Shown: piece after piece, positions 62,609-64,000 of the stretch
How the letters are laid out: every line of letters begins with the position of its first letter
Position numbering within the stretch: the first letter of the stretch is position 1
NCBI GenBank assembly: GCA_035627595.1
Contig: DASPLK010000005.1
Coordinates: forward strand, 3,877-67,876
From: Minisyncoccota bacterium
Lineage (GTDB): Bacteria > Patescibacteriota > Minisyncoccia > Phycocordibacterales > Phycocordibacteraceae
Direction of reading: 5' to 3'
Length of the DNA: 64,000 nucleotides
Notes under the pieces: generated by a model
The model's database searches: none
The model's input: only the letters and a program-made list of their open reading frames with translations
What the model was told of the DNA's origin: nothing
Position numbers and translations under genes: made by a program

Positions 62609-63883
62609 CTATTTGGCGTACACGAAGAATACCTGTCCGCCGTGGTCATCTGTGACGAAGAATGAATCTTCGTCGTGCTGAAGAATGTCGACCGGACGCG
62701 CAACACGCTTGCCGTCTGCATCGAGGAATCCATCCATAAAGACTTCCTGTATTCCGTCAGGTAAGACGCGCATGATGCGATACCCATGCCCTATCTCCTC
62801 GCGGAAAGAGCCGTGGAGGGCGACGAGGAATGAATTGCGCAGCACCGAATGCGCACTGGCGTCAAAGTACTTGAGGCCAAGGGGCGCCGTGTGCGAACCG
62901 AACGCCGCGAATGAGCGTGGCACATCCGTCTGACAGTCGATGTCCTTCCTTTCCCACTCTTGGATAGTCTCATCAAGCTTCTCGCCGCGGGACTCGTAGC
63001 AGTACGGCCAGCCGTAGTGCTTTCCCTCCTCAATGAGATACATGGTGTCGTCCGGGTCATCAACGCCCAGATGATCAACGCCGTTCTCTGTCGCGTAGAG
63101 TGCTCCGCGAGCCCACTCAAGCCCTACCATGTTCTTTGTGCCTTTTGCATAAACGCGGATATTCTCGCCGTCTGGATCCATGGCAAGGATCATGGCACGC
63201 ATCTCACTCTCAGGCTGCTCGCACGCATTGCAACCACTACCAACTGAGACATACAGCGTGTCATCAACAAACAAGAGCGTACGCGTAATATGCCAGACAA
63301 TACCGTCTGCCTCTGGACTCTGCCAGTCCTCAAAAGTCGCTATAACTTCGCCCGTACCGCGCGGTGCCGTGTCCCCTGCCTCATAGCGATGACGTACGAG
63401 ACGGTCGGTAAGGGTGTAGTAGATCCAGGTGACACCCTCGGCATCCGTATAGAACGCAACTGAGTTAGGACCGCGCAGGTCTGAGAGGAACGTGCTCTTC
63501 TTCTCAAAGCGCATCGTCTCTTCGTTAAAGTCCTCGAGCACGTATATCTTTCCTTCGCGCGAGAGGTTCATATTAACGAGATCTGGCACGAATAGGCGGC
63601 CATCTGGACTCATGGTCATGAAGCGTGCTTTACCGAGCCCATCGGCCGCGATAGTCGCTTCAAACGGCTCAGCGATGCGGAACGCAGCCTCAGTACCGTC
63701 TGAGAGCGTAATAGTGCGGGACACGAGATTGATTGCTTCCGGAGCTTCCTCAACCTGCGGCAAGCCCTCAAGTGTTCGTTCTGGCTTTCCTTGCGTAAGG
63801 CCCCAGCCAACGACAACCGCAAGTGCGGCAAGGCCAACGGCTATGGCTATCGGACTAAGTGTCTCTGAAGAATGCTTTGTCAT
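62609..63883 (-). CDS. PQQ-dependent sugar dehydrogenase paralogue (SGDH family)
   Basis: TM anchor followed by a beta-propeller with ENGVDHLG and related motifs. Its stop codon directly abuts the stop of the convergent paralogue. Confidence 0.75.
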   Translation of the reverse strand: MTKHSSETLSPIAIAVGLAALAVVVGWGLTQGKPERTLEGLPQVEEAPEAINLVSRTITLSDGTEAAFRIAEPFEATIAADGLGKARFMTMSPDGRLFVPDLVNMNLSREGKIYVLEDFNEETMRFEKKSTFLSDLRGPNSVAFYTDAEGVTWIYYTLTDRLVRHRYEAGDTAPRGTGEVIATFEDWQSPEADGIVWHITRTLLFVDDTLYVSVGSGCNACEQPESEMRAMILAMDPDGENIRVYAKGTKNMVGLEWARGALYATENGVDHLGVDDPDDTMYLIEEGKHYGWPYCYESRGEKLDETIQEWERKDIDCQTDVPRSFAAFGSHTAPLGLKYFDASAHSVLRNSFLVALHGSFREEIGHGYRIMRVLPDGIQEVFMDGFLDADGKRVARPVDILQHDEDSFFVTDDHGGQVFFVYAK

Positions 63884-64000
63884 AGGCTACTGTGTGCGAG
63901 TAAAGATAAGCACGCCGCCCCGGCCCATATACGTAAGTTCAAGCCGTTCAGGCGTGAGCGCATCAACCTTGAAATACAGTGGCTCAACCCCTTCCTCTTC

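Noticed and set aside
63900-64000. Possible partial minus-strand gene at the right edge
   Set aside because: Only about 100 nt are visible; there is no recognisable motif and it is shorter than the track threshold, so it cannot be supported.

Overview
This 64 kb window is a gene-dense (~90% coding), about 55-58% GC stretch of a bacterial chromosome. It carries mostly housekeeping and envelope genes, with no rRNA, no CRISPR array and no recognisable transposase or integrase. I called about 75 protein genes, five tRNAs, one unannotated RNase P RNA, several intrinsic terminators and a few promoter or operator-like sites. The tRNAs are Val-GAC, Phe-GAA, Arg-CCT, Gly-CCC and Ser-GGA; the RNase P RNA (rnpB) lies on the minus strand at about 19360-19681. 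Confident protein calls include t6A genes tsaC and tsaD, valS (short form, 738 aa), lepA, murJ, a class II ribonucleotide reductase with an ATP-cone, htpX and lemA, groES/groEL, secG, RNase J, a DEAD-box helicase, typA/bipA, mltG, an HlyD-AcrB-type RND efflux pair, msrA, msrB, bcp, a DsbA-like protein, pirin, MutY-like and Nth-like glycosylases, and two PQQ-dependent sugar dehydrogenases. Several features of the gene set suggest a reduced, possibly CPR/Patescibacteria-like genome, but this is inference only: a short ValRS, an O-antigen-ligase::TPR giant, a membrane-anchored solute-binding protein, sparse Shine-Dalgarno use with some apparent leaderless starts, lmo0937, YflT and DUF948 micro-proteins, and an RND pair with no outer-membrane factor. 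The most unusual locus is a 159-aa orphan acidic ORF at 34689-35168 with near-saturated GC3 codon usage, foreign to its neighbours. It has its own SD, a G-rich leader with a G-quadruplex motif, and its own intrinsic terminator. It sits exactly between the start of a HAD hydrolase gene and the stop of nth, within a neighbourhood of oxidative-damage repair genes. Other points worth a second look are listed under findings: a non-CIRCE operator-like array of three inverted AAAAGCT half-sites in the groES leader, Arg/Gly-rich disordered N-terminal extensions on both RNase J and the DEAD-box helicase, two HhH-GPD glycosylases that both lack the canonical four-cysteine Fe-S motif, a strong hairpin abutting the start of a YflT stress-protein gene, and a structured 300-nt gap downstream of tRNA-Ser.
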